Below are positions 18,475 through 25,684 of a stretch of DNA of 32,000 nucleotides, piece after piece. Origin of the DNA: Propionibacteriaceae bacterium (GTDB lineage Bacteria > Actinomycetota > Actinomycetes > Propionibacteriales > Propionibacteriaceae); assembly GCA_031256725.1 (NCBI GenBank), contig JAIRQE010000005.1:60001-92000 (forward strand). The letters run 5' to 3'. How positions within the stretch are numbered: position 1 is the stretch's first letter; each line of letters starts with the position of its first letter. The notes under the pieces are model-generated. The model ran no database searches. It was not told the origin of the DNA and worked only from the letters and a program-made list of their open reading frames with translations. Position numbers and translations under genes: made by a program.

Positions 18475-18693
18475 ATCCTCTCTCATTTGACGTTGATGAG
18501 ATATATGGTTTACATAGTATTGGATCACCCGATACTTAGATCTCAATATCTACATTATAAAAGCATGTCAACTTTGGAGCACACTCTATAGTGAGGTACT
18601 GTAGCCACTTCCATTAAACAATATCATGAAATTTCCTCCTTTTCAGATATTTTATCTCTCTGTAACTTTACTCCCCCTAATTAAATGTCCAGC

Positions 18694-18722
18694 AAAAAGA
18701 AATCCTTGTGGGCCGGGATTTC
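18694..18722 (-). terminator. Candidate intrinsic terminator (minus strand)
   Basis: The minus-strand RNA reads GAAATCC-cggcccacaa-GGATTTC-TTTTT: a 7-bp stem, 10-nt loop and U5 tract. It lies ~500 nt downstream of the GH1 stop and ~220 nt upstream of the gltX start. Confidence 0.45.
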
Positions 18723-19217
18723 CGCAGCCCGACTAAGTGGGAAAACGTGTGATGTCTGAGGAAGGGAGCGGGGCCGCCCCGAAGGACAGAGCGGCCCCTG
18801 GTGACTCATGTACTTGCGGGTACATGAGCCGCACGGCAAGCCAGCTCCTCATCTTTCTTACCGTGCGCGCCCTCTGAGTGCGCCTCGAAGGACCCGATGG
18901 GCATGCTGATCCATGTCGACTAAGCAGATTCCGACTCACTGCTCGCGATTTCTCGCTGACCAACGAGGATCACGCGGCCGCCGAGTACCTCCAAGACCAC
19001 CAGTGAAAGGGCTGATACCGCTTGATGGACCTATGTCATGGACACTTCTAATCCCAGTGGATTATGAACCCAAAGCGAGCACTCAGAGGTTGGAATGGAG
19101 ATTCTAATGTTCTTCCATCATACTCCACCAAGAGGACAGATGCCACCACAATCTACTGATTGACAAGGGGTAATGAAACATCCCTAGTGGAGTTCCACGC
19201 GTTTCGTAGCTCACCCA

Positions 19218-20531
19218 TCACAGGGGTGGCGGACCTGGACGTCGGTACCTCTTGGGCTCAGGCTCAATCCCCGAACCCTTACCAGATGGTTCAACCCACC
19301 GCGTATAGGCCTCCTCAGTCAAACCACCGTGAGCGATCATGTCGGCGTACATCCGACCCGATTCACGGATGGTTCTCTTCTGGGTTCCATAATCGACTTC
19401 GACTAGCCCGAACCGTGGTACCTCCCCCTCAATCCACTCCCAATTATCAGTGAAACACCAATGATAATAACGCTGGACACCCGCATCCACAGCCGCCTTG
19501 ATGTGATCGTAGAGGAACCGTGCCCTGAAAGAGTCAGCAGCATCAGGGGTTCCATTCTCGGTAATGTAGACTGGGCCAGGATAGGTCTTGGCAACCATCG
19601 CGAGCATCCGAGTCAACCCTCGAGGATAGATCTCCCACCCCAAATCATTGATCACCGATCCGGGTTTTGTCCCCTGCGAGACACCCGAAACCCAGGATCG
19701 TGTGTAGTAATTCACCCCAATGAAGTCATAGTATTTCCCCAGAGTCACAGTCGAGGCCCCCTTCAAGGGCAGTTTGAAACGTCCATAGGCCATGGCCTGA
19801 TAGATCGCTCCCTGGAAGAGGTACTCCATGGACTTTGCTCCAGCAATGTCAGCCGGGTTATAGGGGTTAGCCGGATCGAAGGGTCGCAGATGTTGGGCTA
19901 CACCAACCTTCGCCTCGGGTTGGATTGCATGGATCAGGCGGTACGCGCGGATATGAGCATGAGCCAGGAGACTCATCACGGTCATAGCCTCTGGAATCGA
20001 TGTGTGCCCCGGAGGCCAGTCCCCGAAAACATAGGCTTGGGTGGGATAGACATTGGGTTCATTGATGGTGATCCATTCGTCCACATGATCCTTGAGCGCG
20101 TGTACCATCCTGGAGACGTACCTGAGGAAAACCGCCACTGTATCCGGGCGAGTCCAGGCACCCCTATCCTCCAACCATCCAGGGTTATTAAAGTGATGGA
20201 GAGTCACCAGTGGGGTGATTCCTGCTTTGCGGAGGGCCTTCACCTCATCGCGGTAGTGCTTGATCGCTTCGGAATCGAAGGCCCCTTCCTCTGGTTCAAC
20301 CCGAGCCCATTCCACCCCCATGCGATAATGGCGAATCCCCATTTCTTTCAAGAGCGCGATGTCCTCATCGACACGATTCCAATGGTCAACCGCACGAGCC
20401 GGAGTCGATCCGTCCTTGACCTTCCCTGGCGATGCTGCCCACCGATGCCAGTTTGTGTCGACGTTCCCGCCCTCAATCTGCGTGGCAGCAGTAGCCACAC
20501 CCAATTCCAGTGAACCCAAGTCAAGTTTCAT
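19218..20531 (-). CDS. Glycoside hydrolase family 1 beta-glucosidase/6-phospho-beta-glucosidase-like, 437 aa
   Basis: Contains GVATAATQIEGG, TLHHFNNPGWL, ITINEPNV (acid/base Glu) and YITENG (nucleophile Glu). Confidence 0.9.
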   Translation of the reverse strand: MKLDLGSLELGVATAATQIEGGNVDTNWHRWAASPGKVKDGSTPARAVDHWNRVDEDIALLKEMGIRHYRMGVEWARVEPEEGAFDSEAIKHYRDEVKALRKAGITPLVTLHHFNNPGWLEDRGAWTRPDTVAVFLRYVSRMVHALKDHVDEWITINEPNVYPTQAYVFGDWPPGHTSIPEAMTVMSLLAHAHIRAYRLIHAIQPEAKVGVAQHLRPFDPANPYNPADIAGAKSMEYLFQGAIYQAMAYGRFKLPLKGASTVTLGKYYDFIGVNYYTRSWVSGVSQGTKPGSVINDLGWEIYPRGLTRMLAMVAKTYPGPVYITENGTPDAADSFRARFLYDHIKAAVDAGVQRYYHWCFTDNWEWIEGEVPRFGLVEVDYGTQKRTIRESGRMYADMIAHGGLTEEAYTRWVEPSGKGSGIEPEPKRYRRPGPPPL

Positions 20532-20537
20532 AAACCA

Positions 20538-20543
20538 AGACTA
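20538..20543 (-). promoter_or_regulatory. Candidate -10 hexamer TAGTCT for a leaderless GH1 transcript
   Basis: TANNNT hexamer with 6 nt to the ATG at 20531. Only 41 bp separate the two divergent start codons. Confidence 0.3.
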
Positions 20544-20559
20544 CGACACCTGCAGGGTC

Positions 20560-20565
20560 TAAGCT
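20560..20565 (+). promoter_or_regulatory. Candidate -10 hexamer TAAGCT for a leaderless DUF885 transcript
   Basis: TANNNT hexamer with 7 nt to the ATG at 20573. No SD sequence precedes the ATG. Confidence 0.3.
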
Positions 20566-20572
20566 ACGGTTT

Positions 20573-22240
20573 ATGACTATGCGTACTCCCACCGCCATGG
20601 ATGCACTGGCTGACAAGCACTTTGATGCCGAAGTGGCACTCAGTCCTATCATGATGACTTTCCTTGGGATGGATGACCACCAAGACGAGTTCGACGATTT
20701 CAGTCCCCAAGGAATCGAAACCCACCACAGGCTCATTGCCACCACCTTGGGGGAACTCGACTCAACTGTGGTCAGCGATGAGACCGACCGGATAACAGCC
20801 TCTGCCCTTCGGGAACGACTTGGCTTGGCCATGGAGGCCCATCAGTCCCACGAAGACCTCGCCAGTATCTCAAATATTGTGTCTGGGCTTCACTCCATCC
20901 GAGAAGTCTTCGACCTCATGCCGACTGGGACAGACTCCGACTTTGCGACAATTGCTCGACGACTCAAGGCAGTACCTCACGCAGTTGACGGGTGGATAGA
21001 ATCCCAGTTCGCCGCCATTGACGAAGGCATCAAACCCGCAGTACGCCAAGTCGATGCGCTCGTCGAACAAGTCCACGGTTGGATCAAGGACGGTGGTACC
21101 TTCGACACTCTCACCGATCAGGCCCATGAAGCCGGAGCATCCACCACCACGAGGGATCTCCTCACCGAAGGACTGACCACCGCGAAAGCGGCATACCGTG
21201 AAGCTACCCAGACCCTCGTGACCAGGATTCACCCTATGGCGGTCGAAGAAGATGCCGTAGGCCCCCACCGCTATGACCTCGCCTCCAGGGAATTCTTGGG
21301 TACGACAGTGGAGATGGAGCAGACCTACCAATGGGGTTTGGAGCAGGTCGCTGAGTTAGAGGAGCGACAACGGGAGATCTGCGCCACGCTGCGGCCCGGA
21401 ATGACTATCGCTGAAACGAAGAACTCCCTTGATGAGGACCCTGCCTATCTTCTTCACGGCTCCACAGCCATGCAGGAATGGATGCAGATGAAAGCCGATC
21501 AAGCCATCCAGGATCTCCACGGAACCCATTTCGATGTACCGGAACCTGCCCGCAGAATCGAATGCATGATCGCCCCCACCCATGATGGCGGAATCTACTA
21601 CACCGATCCCAGCGATGACTTCTCTCGCCCTGGAAGAATGTGGTGGTCTGTACCTGAAGGCCAAACAACCTTCTCAACCTGGCGTGAACTCACCACCGTC
21701 TATCACGAAGGTGTACCCGGCCATCATCTTCAACTGTCACAAGCCATTTTCAACAAGGCCGAACTCAACAAATGGCGCCGCTCAGGAATCTGGGTATCCG
21801 GCCACGGCGAAGGCTGGGCCCTCTACTCCGAACAGCTCATGGCCGATCTCGGCTACCTTGATGATCCCGCCATGATGTTAGGGATGCTCGATGGCCAGGC
21901 CCTCAGGGCAGTACGTGTAGTCATCGACATCGGTCTCCATTGCGGTTTCACTCCCCCAGCTGAAGTAGGCGAATCCACCTGGACCTTCGACAATGCTTTA
22001 GCCTATTTCAACTCCCATGTAGCCATGGACCCTTCCGTAGCCCGCTTCGAAGTCATGAGGTACTTCGGTTGGGCCGGTCAGGCCCCCTCCTACAAGATCG
22101 GACAAAAAGCCTGGACCGATCTAAGAGATGAGGTACACGTTCAACAAGGATCCACCTTCGACCTAAAATCCTTCCACGCCAAAGCCCTAAACCTAGGAGC
22201 CCTAGGCCTAGACACCCTAAAAGAAGCCCTACTCACGTAG
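20573..22240 (+). CDS. DUF885 domain protein (putative metallopeptidase-like), 555 aa
   Basis: Contains YYTDPSDDFSRPGRMWW and TTVYHEGVPGHHLQ, followed by GEGWALYSE, the conserved DUF885 core. Confidence 0.85.
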   Translation: MTMRTPTAMDALADKHFDAEVALSPIMMTFLGMDDHQDEFDDFSPQGIETHHRLIATTLGELDSTVVSDETDRITASALRERLGLAMEAHQSHEDLASISNIVSGLHSIREVFDLMPTGTDSDFATIARRLKAVPHAVDGWIESQFAAIDEGIKPAVRQVDALVEQVHGWIKDGGTFDTLTDQAHEAGASTTTRDLLTEGLTTAKAAYREATQTLVTRIHPMAVEEDAVGPHRYDLASREFLGTTVEMEQTYQWGLEQVAELEERQREICATLRPGMTIAETKNSLDEDPAYLLHGSTAMQEWMQMKADQAIQDLHGTHFDVPEPARRIECMIAPTHDGGIYYTDPSDDFSRPGRMWWSVPEGQTTFSTWRELTTVYHEGVPGHHLQLSQAIFNKAELNKWRRSGIWVSGHGEGWALYSEQLMADLGYLDDPAMMLGMLDGQALRAVRVVIDIGLHCGFTPPAEVGESTWTFDNALAYFNSHVAMDPSVARFEVMRYFGWAGQAPSYKIGQKAWTDLRDEVHVQQGSTFDLKSFHAKALNLGALGLDTLKEALLT

Positions 22241-22270
22241 TTGCTCCAGTTGGACAACTTCAGAATCAAT

Positions 22271-22296
22271 TCCTAGCAAGAACTAGGATCTTGTTT
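22271..22296 (+). terminator. Weak intrinsic-terminator candidate after DUF885
   Basis: TCCTAG-caagaa-CTAGGA (6-bp stem) followed by TCTTGTTT. Confidence 0.3.
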
Positions 22297-22374
22297 CCTG
22301 GCACTGTGCGCCAAGAAATAAGATCCCCCAAAGAGGCGCTGCAAACTTCACAAACCCAGATTTACCAGAAGATT

Positions 22375-22487
22375 CCGAGAAGGGGTGGGATACATCTATC
22401 CAGACCGTCCTTGCGAATGGAGGAGTTGTCTCCAAAGGAAACAACTGCGTGAATGCGTCTGGATAGATGTATCCCACCCCTTCCCGG
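22375..22487 (+). repeat. MITE-like palindromic intergenic element, copy C (best preserved)
   Basis: 31-bp terminal inverted repeat CCGAGAAGGGGTGGGATACATCTATCCAGAC (22375-22405) / GTCTGGATAGATGTATCCCACCCCTTCCCGG (22457-22487), with 1 mismatch. The 51-bp core contains the hairpin AGTTGTCTCC-AAA-GGAAACAACT. It sits between two convergent genes. Confidence 0.9.
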
Positions 22488-22500
22488 ACACCAACACAAA

Positions 22501-23412
22501 TCACCCAAGGTGAAGTTTGTACCCCTCGGTCCATCCTTGACCGATGAGGGCGGCCCCGATAGCTGGGGCCTGAATATCATTGTCCAGGTGGACGACTCGA
22601 CCAGCCATATCCACGTAGTCTGGGAAAGTTGCCATTTTGGCCCTGTCGATGAGGAATCCTTGGACAGCTGAGAGTATCCAGGGGGCTGCCTGGATGACCC
22701 CTCCACCTATGACGACGTAATCGGAACCGTAACTCAAGGAGACTGAGGCGACTATCCTGGACATGACTCGTACCGACTGATCGTAGGCTGCCTTGCCTAA
22801 GGGGGTCTCTGACTTGTCTAAGGTGGTCCAGTCGAGTTCGAGCATATCCATCCTGGGAGCGAGGTACTGCCCACCAACGATGGTTTCGATACATCCGCGT
22901 TGCCCGCAGCGGCAGGGGTCACCATTGGGATCTAGGACGACGTGGCCAATCTCGCCAGCCAGGTTGTCTCGACCACGAATGAGTCGACCATCAAGGGTTG
23001 CTGCAGCCACTCCTGTACCGAAGTTGATGTAGGTCACTGAGAGTGAGTCGAGGAGCATCCCGGCAGCAACTACTGTCGCTTTCACGTCATTGTCGAGGCG
23101 AACGGGTACAGAGAAATGCTCAGAAACCATGTCCAGCAAGGGCATATGGGTGATCGATAAGTTGACTGCACTCGCGATTTCGCCGGTTTCTCGGTTGACG
23201 ACTCCGGGGATGCCGATGCCGACACTGTCGAAGTCTCTCAGTCCTACACCGGCTTTCTCAGCCACCTTGGTGGCGACATCCAAAAGCACAGTCATGACAC
23301 CGGATTGTCCTCGTTGGGTGAAGGTTGCATGCTCCGCGATGACCTTGTCGTGTTCATCGAGAGCTACCCCGTGGACCTTGGTGGCACCAATGTCGATTCC
23401 TAAACTCAGCAT
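22501..23412 (-). CDS. ROK family sugar kinase (context suggests N-acetylglucosamine/glucose kinase), 303 aa
   Basis: Starts MLSLGIDIGATKVHGVAL (ATP-binding DxGxT), with GEIGH and the zinc motif CRCGQRGCIET. No N-terminal HTH domain, so it is a kinase rather than a repressor. ATG 23412 has GAAAGGGG upstream; the track start at 23433 is a TTG. Confidence 0.85.
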   Translation of the reverse strand: MLSLGIDIGATKVHGVALDEHDKVIAEHATFTQRGQSGVMTVLLDVATKVAEKAGVGLRDFDSVGIGIPGVVNRETGEIASAVNLSITHMPLLDMVSEHFSVPVRLDNDVKATVVAAGMLLDSLSVTYINFGTGVAAATLDGRLIRGRDNLAGEIGHVVLDPNGDPCRCGQRGCIETIVGGQYLAPRMDMLELDWTTLDKSETPLGKAAYDQSVRVMSRIVASVSLSYGSDYVVIGGGVIQAAPWILSAVQGFLIDRAKMATFPDYVDMAGRVVHLDNDIQAPAIGAALIGQGWTEGYKLHLG

Positions 23413-23441
23413 TCCCGCCCCTTTCAGGCTCAAGCGTACAC

Positions 23442-24773
23442 TTAGGTTTCCCCATTGAGCATCGGTGTTAACACCTTGTCGTATTCTTCGGCGAGGGTAA
23501 GGATGTCTTCGCCCTTAAAAATCCGTAGAAAGAATTCGTCAACCAACCCGGAATTCTCCACCTGAAGCCAGTTGGGTGCTGCGGGAGTGAGCTTGGATTT
23601 TGAGGCTACTGCAACCATCGCCTTGCTGAACTCGTCGCTTCCTAGGTACTTCTCGTAGTCACTATTTCCTGGCCCCAGACCATTTTGGGCGAGCATGGTT
23701 TGGTACTCGCGTGAGAAAAGGATCGTGAGGATGGTTCGTGCTTCCTCCAGGTTTCGCGACTTTGAGAAGACTCCGATACTGGATCCGGTGACATACATTG
23801 GGGCTGGGCCCCCATTGGTACCTGGCAATGGGAAGATCCCAAAGGTTTCCGTATTCCATACTCGGACATGCTTACCCAGGTCATTTCTCACCCGATCACC
23901 GAAGTGGACGCGTGCTTCAGGCCCGGCCATGATGGTTGCTGCAGAAATCTCTATATCTACGGTTTCACCCAAACTGTCTGTGATCTTGTCCTCATCATTG
24001 AGGTACAACCACGGCTTATCCTGTTTCAGGGTCCAGGGAGCACGGGAGGCATTGACATGTAAATCCTGTAGTTGGGTGAGCCCCGCAACGGTCATGGGAC
24101 TTGACAGTGTTGATTCCCATTTCCCTGAAGGCTTTTCTTCGGCGAGTTGTCCACCATAGGCATGGATCCATCCGAGGGCATCCCGCCAGTCCTGTCCAGC
24201 CAGGTACATACCTGAGAACCCGTTGATCTTCAAGGGATTCTCTTCAGCTAATTTGAGAACGGCCTCACTGAAAGCAGGCAGAGTACGTGGAGGCTCGTCG
24301 ACGCCGATCTTCTCCCAGAGATCCTTGCGATAATAGATGAATCGCGAACGGTAGTAATAGGGAAGGGTGTACTGCTTACCTTGGTTTTCGCCAACCTCCA
24401 CAAAGGATGACAGGAGTTTGTCCCCACCAAGTACGGAATACAGGTCAGTGATATCGTCAAAGACCCCGTCGTATACGTAGGTCGACGAAGCAGTGTTTGC
24501 GACCTCAACTACATCTGGTGGGGCTATCTCTCCCCTCATCGCATCACGGATTCTTGTATCCATGTCGGCACGAGGAAATCTTTGAACAACCAAATGATTG
24601 CCTGTCAGGTTTTCGTACTGTGCGATCAAGAAATCGGACATACTGGTCGAGGTTTCCGAACCCATCAACCACATTGTGATGGTGTCCCCCGCTGGCTCTG
24701 CTTCACTCGTACATCCTGCAAGGCTGAGTGTTGAAACTACCGCCAGGGCCAGGGCTGCCAACCTTGGTCTCAT
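23442..24773 (-). CDS. ABC transporter extracellular solute-binding lipoprotein (carbohydrate, CUT1-type), 443 aa
   Basis: Lipobox MRPRLAALALAVVSTLSLAG/C, GAAAGGA SD, and length and composition typical of family-1 sugar-binding proteins. It is adjacent to the nag genes. Confidence 0.85.
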   Translation of the reverse strand: MRPRLAALALAVVSTLSLAGCTSEAEPAGDTITMWLMGSETSTSMSDFLIAQYENLTGNHLVVQRFPRADMDTRIRDAMRGEIAPPDVVEVANTASSTYVYDGVFDDITDLYSVLGGDKLLSSFVEVGENQGKQYTLPYYYRSRFIYYRKDLWEKIGVDEPPRTLPAFSEAVLKLAEENPLKINGFSGMYLAGQDWRDALGWIHAYGGQLAEEKPSGKWESTLSSPMTVAGLTQLQDLHVNASRAPWTLKQDKPWLYLNDEDKITDSLGETVDIEISAATIMAGPEARVHFGDRVRNDLGKHVRVWNTETFGIFPLPGTNGGPAPMYVTGSSIGVFSKSRNLEEARTILTILFSREYQTMLAQNGLGPGNSDYEKYLGSDEFSKAMVAVASKSKLTPAAPNWLQVENSGLVDEFFLRIFKGEDILTLAEEYDKVLTPMLNGET

Positions 24774-24803
24774 CGGTTATCCTTTCATCTCCTGCAAGAG
24801 AGT

Positions 24804-24815
24804 GTATCTAGCTAC
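24804..24815. promoter_or_regulatory. Imperfect palindrome GTATCTAGCTAC, candidate GntR/DasR-type operator in the divergent nag promoter region
   Basis: 10 of 12 positions are symmetric around a central CTAG. It lies 31 nt upstream of the SBP start and 75 nt upstream of the nagB start. Confidence 0.3.
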
Positions 24816-24877
24816 GCATACTGTAGCCAGTTGGGTAAGGTGTTGTCAGGGAATAGAGGGGGTACCCTGACGAAAGG

Positions 24878-24891
24878 ATATATATATATAT
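24878..24891 (+). repeat. (AT)7 dinucleotide microsatellite forming the SD-to-start spacer of nagB
   Basis: The sequence reads cGAAAGGATATATATATATATGgaa. The tract runs from the last A of the SD into the A and T of the ATG (24890). Confidence 0.95.
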
Positions 24892-25684
24892 GGAAATCAT
24901 TATTTGCTCCTCTGAATCCCAGGTTGGTGAGGTTGGAGCAGCCAAAGTTGCCCAGATCGCACGAAAGGTTGGCCCCGCCGTTGTTTTGGGTGTTGCTACT
25001 GGAGGGTCTCCCCTGGCAACGTACCGTGTACTAGCTGAGAGGGTACGAGCAGGGAACCTTGATTTATCCCAAGCCAGTGCCTTCGCCCTAGACGAGTATG
25101 TCGGCCTACCCATCGACCATCCGCAAAGTTACTTCGACACTATTCGGCGTACGGTCACCGAGCCCTTGGGCCTGGATCCGAATCGGGTCCATGTTCCAGA
25201 TGGAAGCCTTGATCGTCTCGAATCCGCTGGCGATAGATATGAGGATCTCATTCGACAAGCAGGTGGGGTCGATATTCAGATCCTGGGAATTGGCTCTAAC
25301 GGGCACATCGGTTTCAATGAGCCCACGAGTTCACTGAATTCACGTACACGTCACAAGACTTTGACTGATGGTACACGCAAGGACAATGCTCGCTTCTTTT
25401 CTAGCCTTGACGAGGTACCCACGGGGTGTGTCACCCAGGGTTTGGGTACGATCATGGATGCCCGACATAGTGTTCTTGTCGCCACTGGTGAAGCGAAGGC
25501 CCGGGCTATTGCCGCCATCGTTGAAGGCCCCATCATGGCTATGTGGCCTGGATCTATACTCCAAATGCACCCTGACATCACGGTCGTCGTTGATGAACCA
25601 GCTGCCAGTAAGCTTATCCAAGCTGACTACTATAAACATGTCTACGCCGATAGGCCGGATTGGCAGAAACTGGAACTGCTGTGA
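24890..25684 (+). CDS. nagB: Glucosamine-6-phosphate deaminase, 264 aa
   Basis: Contains LGVATGGSPL, FALDEYVGL and ILGIGSNGHIGFNEP. Confidence 0.95.
   Translation: MEIIICSSESQVGEVGAAKVAQIARKVGPAVVLGVATGGSPLATYRVLAERVRAGNLDLSQASAFALDEYVGLPIDHPQSYFDTIRRTVTEPLGLDPNRVHVPDGSLDRLESAGDRYEDLIRQAGGVDIQILGIGSNGHIGFNEPTSSLNSRTRHKTLTDGTRKDNARFFSSLDEVPTGCVTQGLGTIMDARHSVLVATGEAKARAIAAIVEGPIMAMWPGSILQMHPDITVVVDEPAASKLIQADYYKHVYADRPDWQKLELL

Noticed and set aside
18495-18506. 12-nt exact identity (GATGAGATATAT) between the gltX upstream region and the arm of repeat copy D
   Set aside because: With ~100-nt elements, 4 copies and both strands compared against 32 kb, about one chance 12-mer match is expected. 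It is noted only as weak support for a decayed copy and is not called as a feature.
18723-19040. Tried to assign the structured segment to RNase P RNA, tmRNA, SRP RNA, 6S RNA, T-box, cobalamin or c-di-AMP riboswitch, or group II intron domain V
   Set aside because: None of the family-defining conserved motifs is present on either strand. The nearest resemblance, GAGGAAGGGAGCGG versus the SRP motif GGAAGGAAGCAGCC, lacks the accompanying helix. The segment is left as an unassigned candidate.
19461-20513. 350-aa ORF antisense to the GH1 glycosidase
   Set aside because: Same reasoning. GH1 catalytic motifs are intact on the minus strand, and the plus-strand product is R/P/S-rich with no motif.
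22417-22452. Mini-ORF MEELSPKETTA inside repeat copy C, matching the start (MEELFPF...) of track ORF 27739..27936(-) in copy D
   Set aside because: The shared MEEL prefix follows from nucleotide conservation of the element core (ATGGAGGAGTTG). The ATG is absent in copies A (ACG) and B (GCG), and the downstream frames and lengths differ. It is therefore not a conserved coding sequence.
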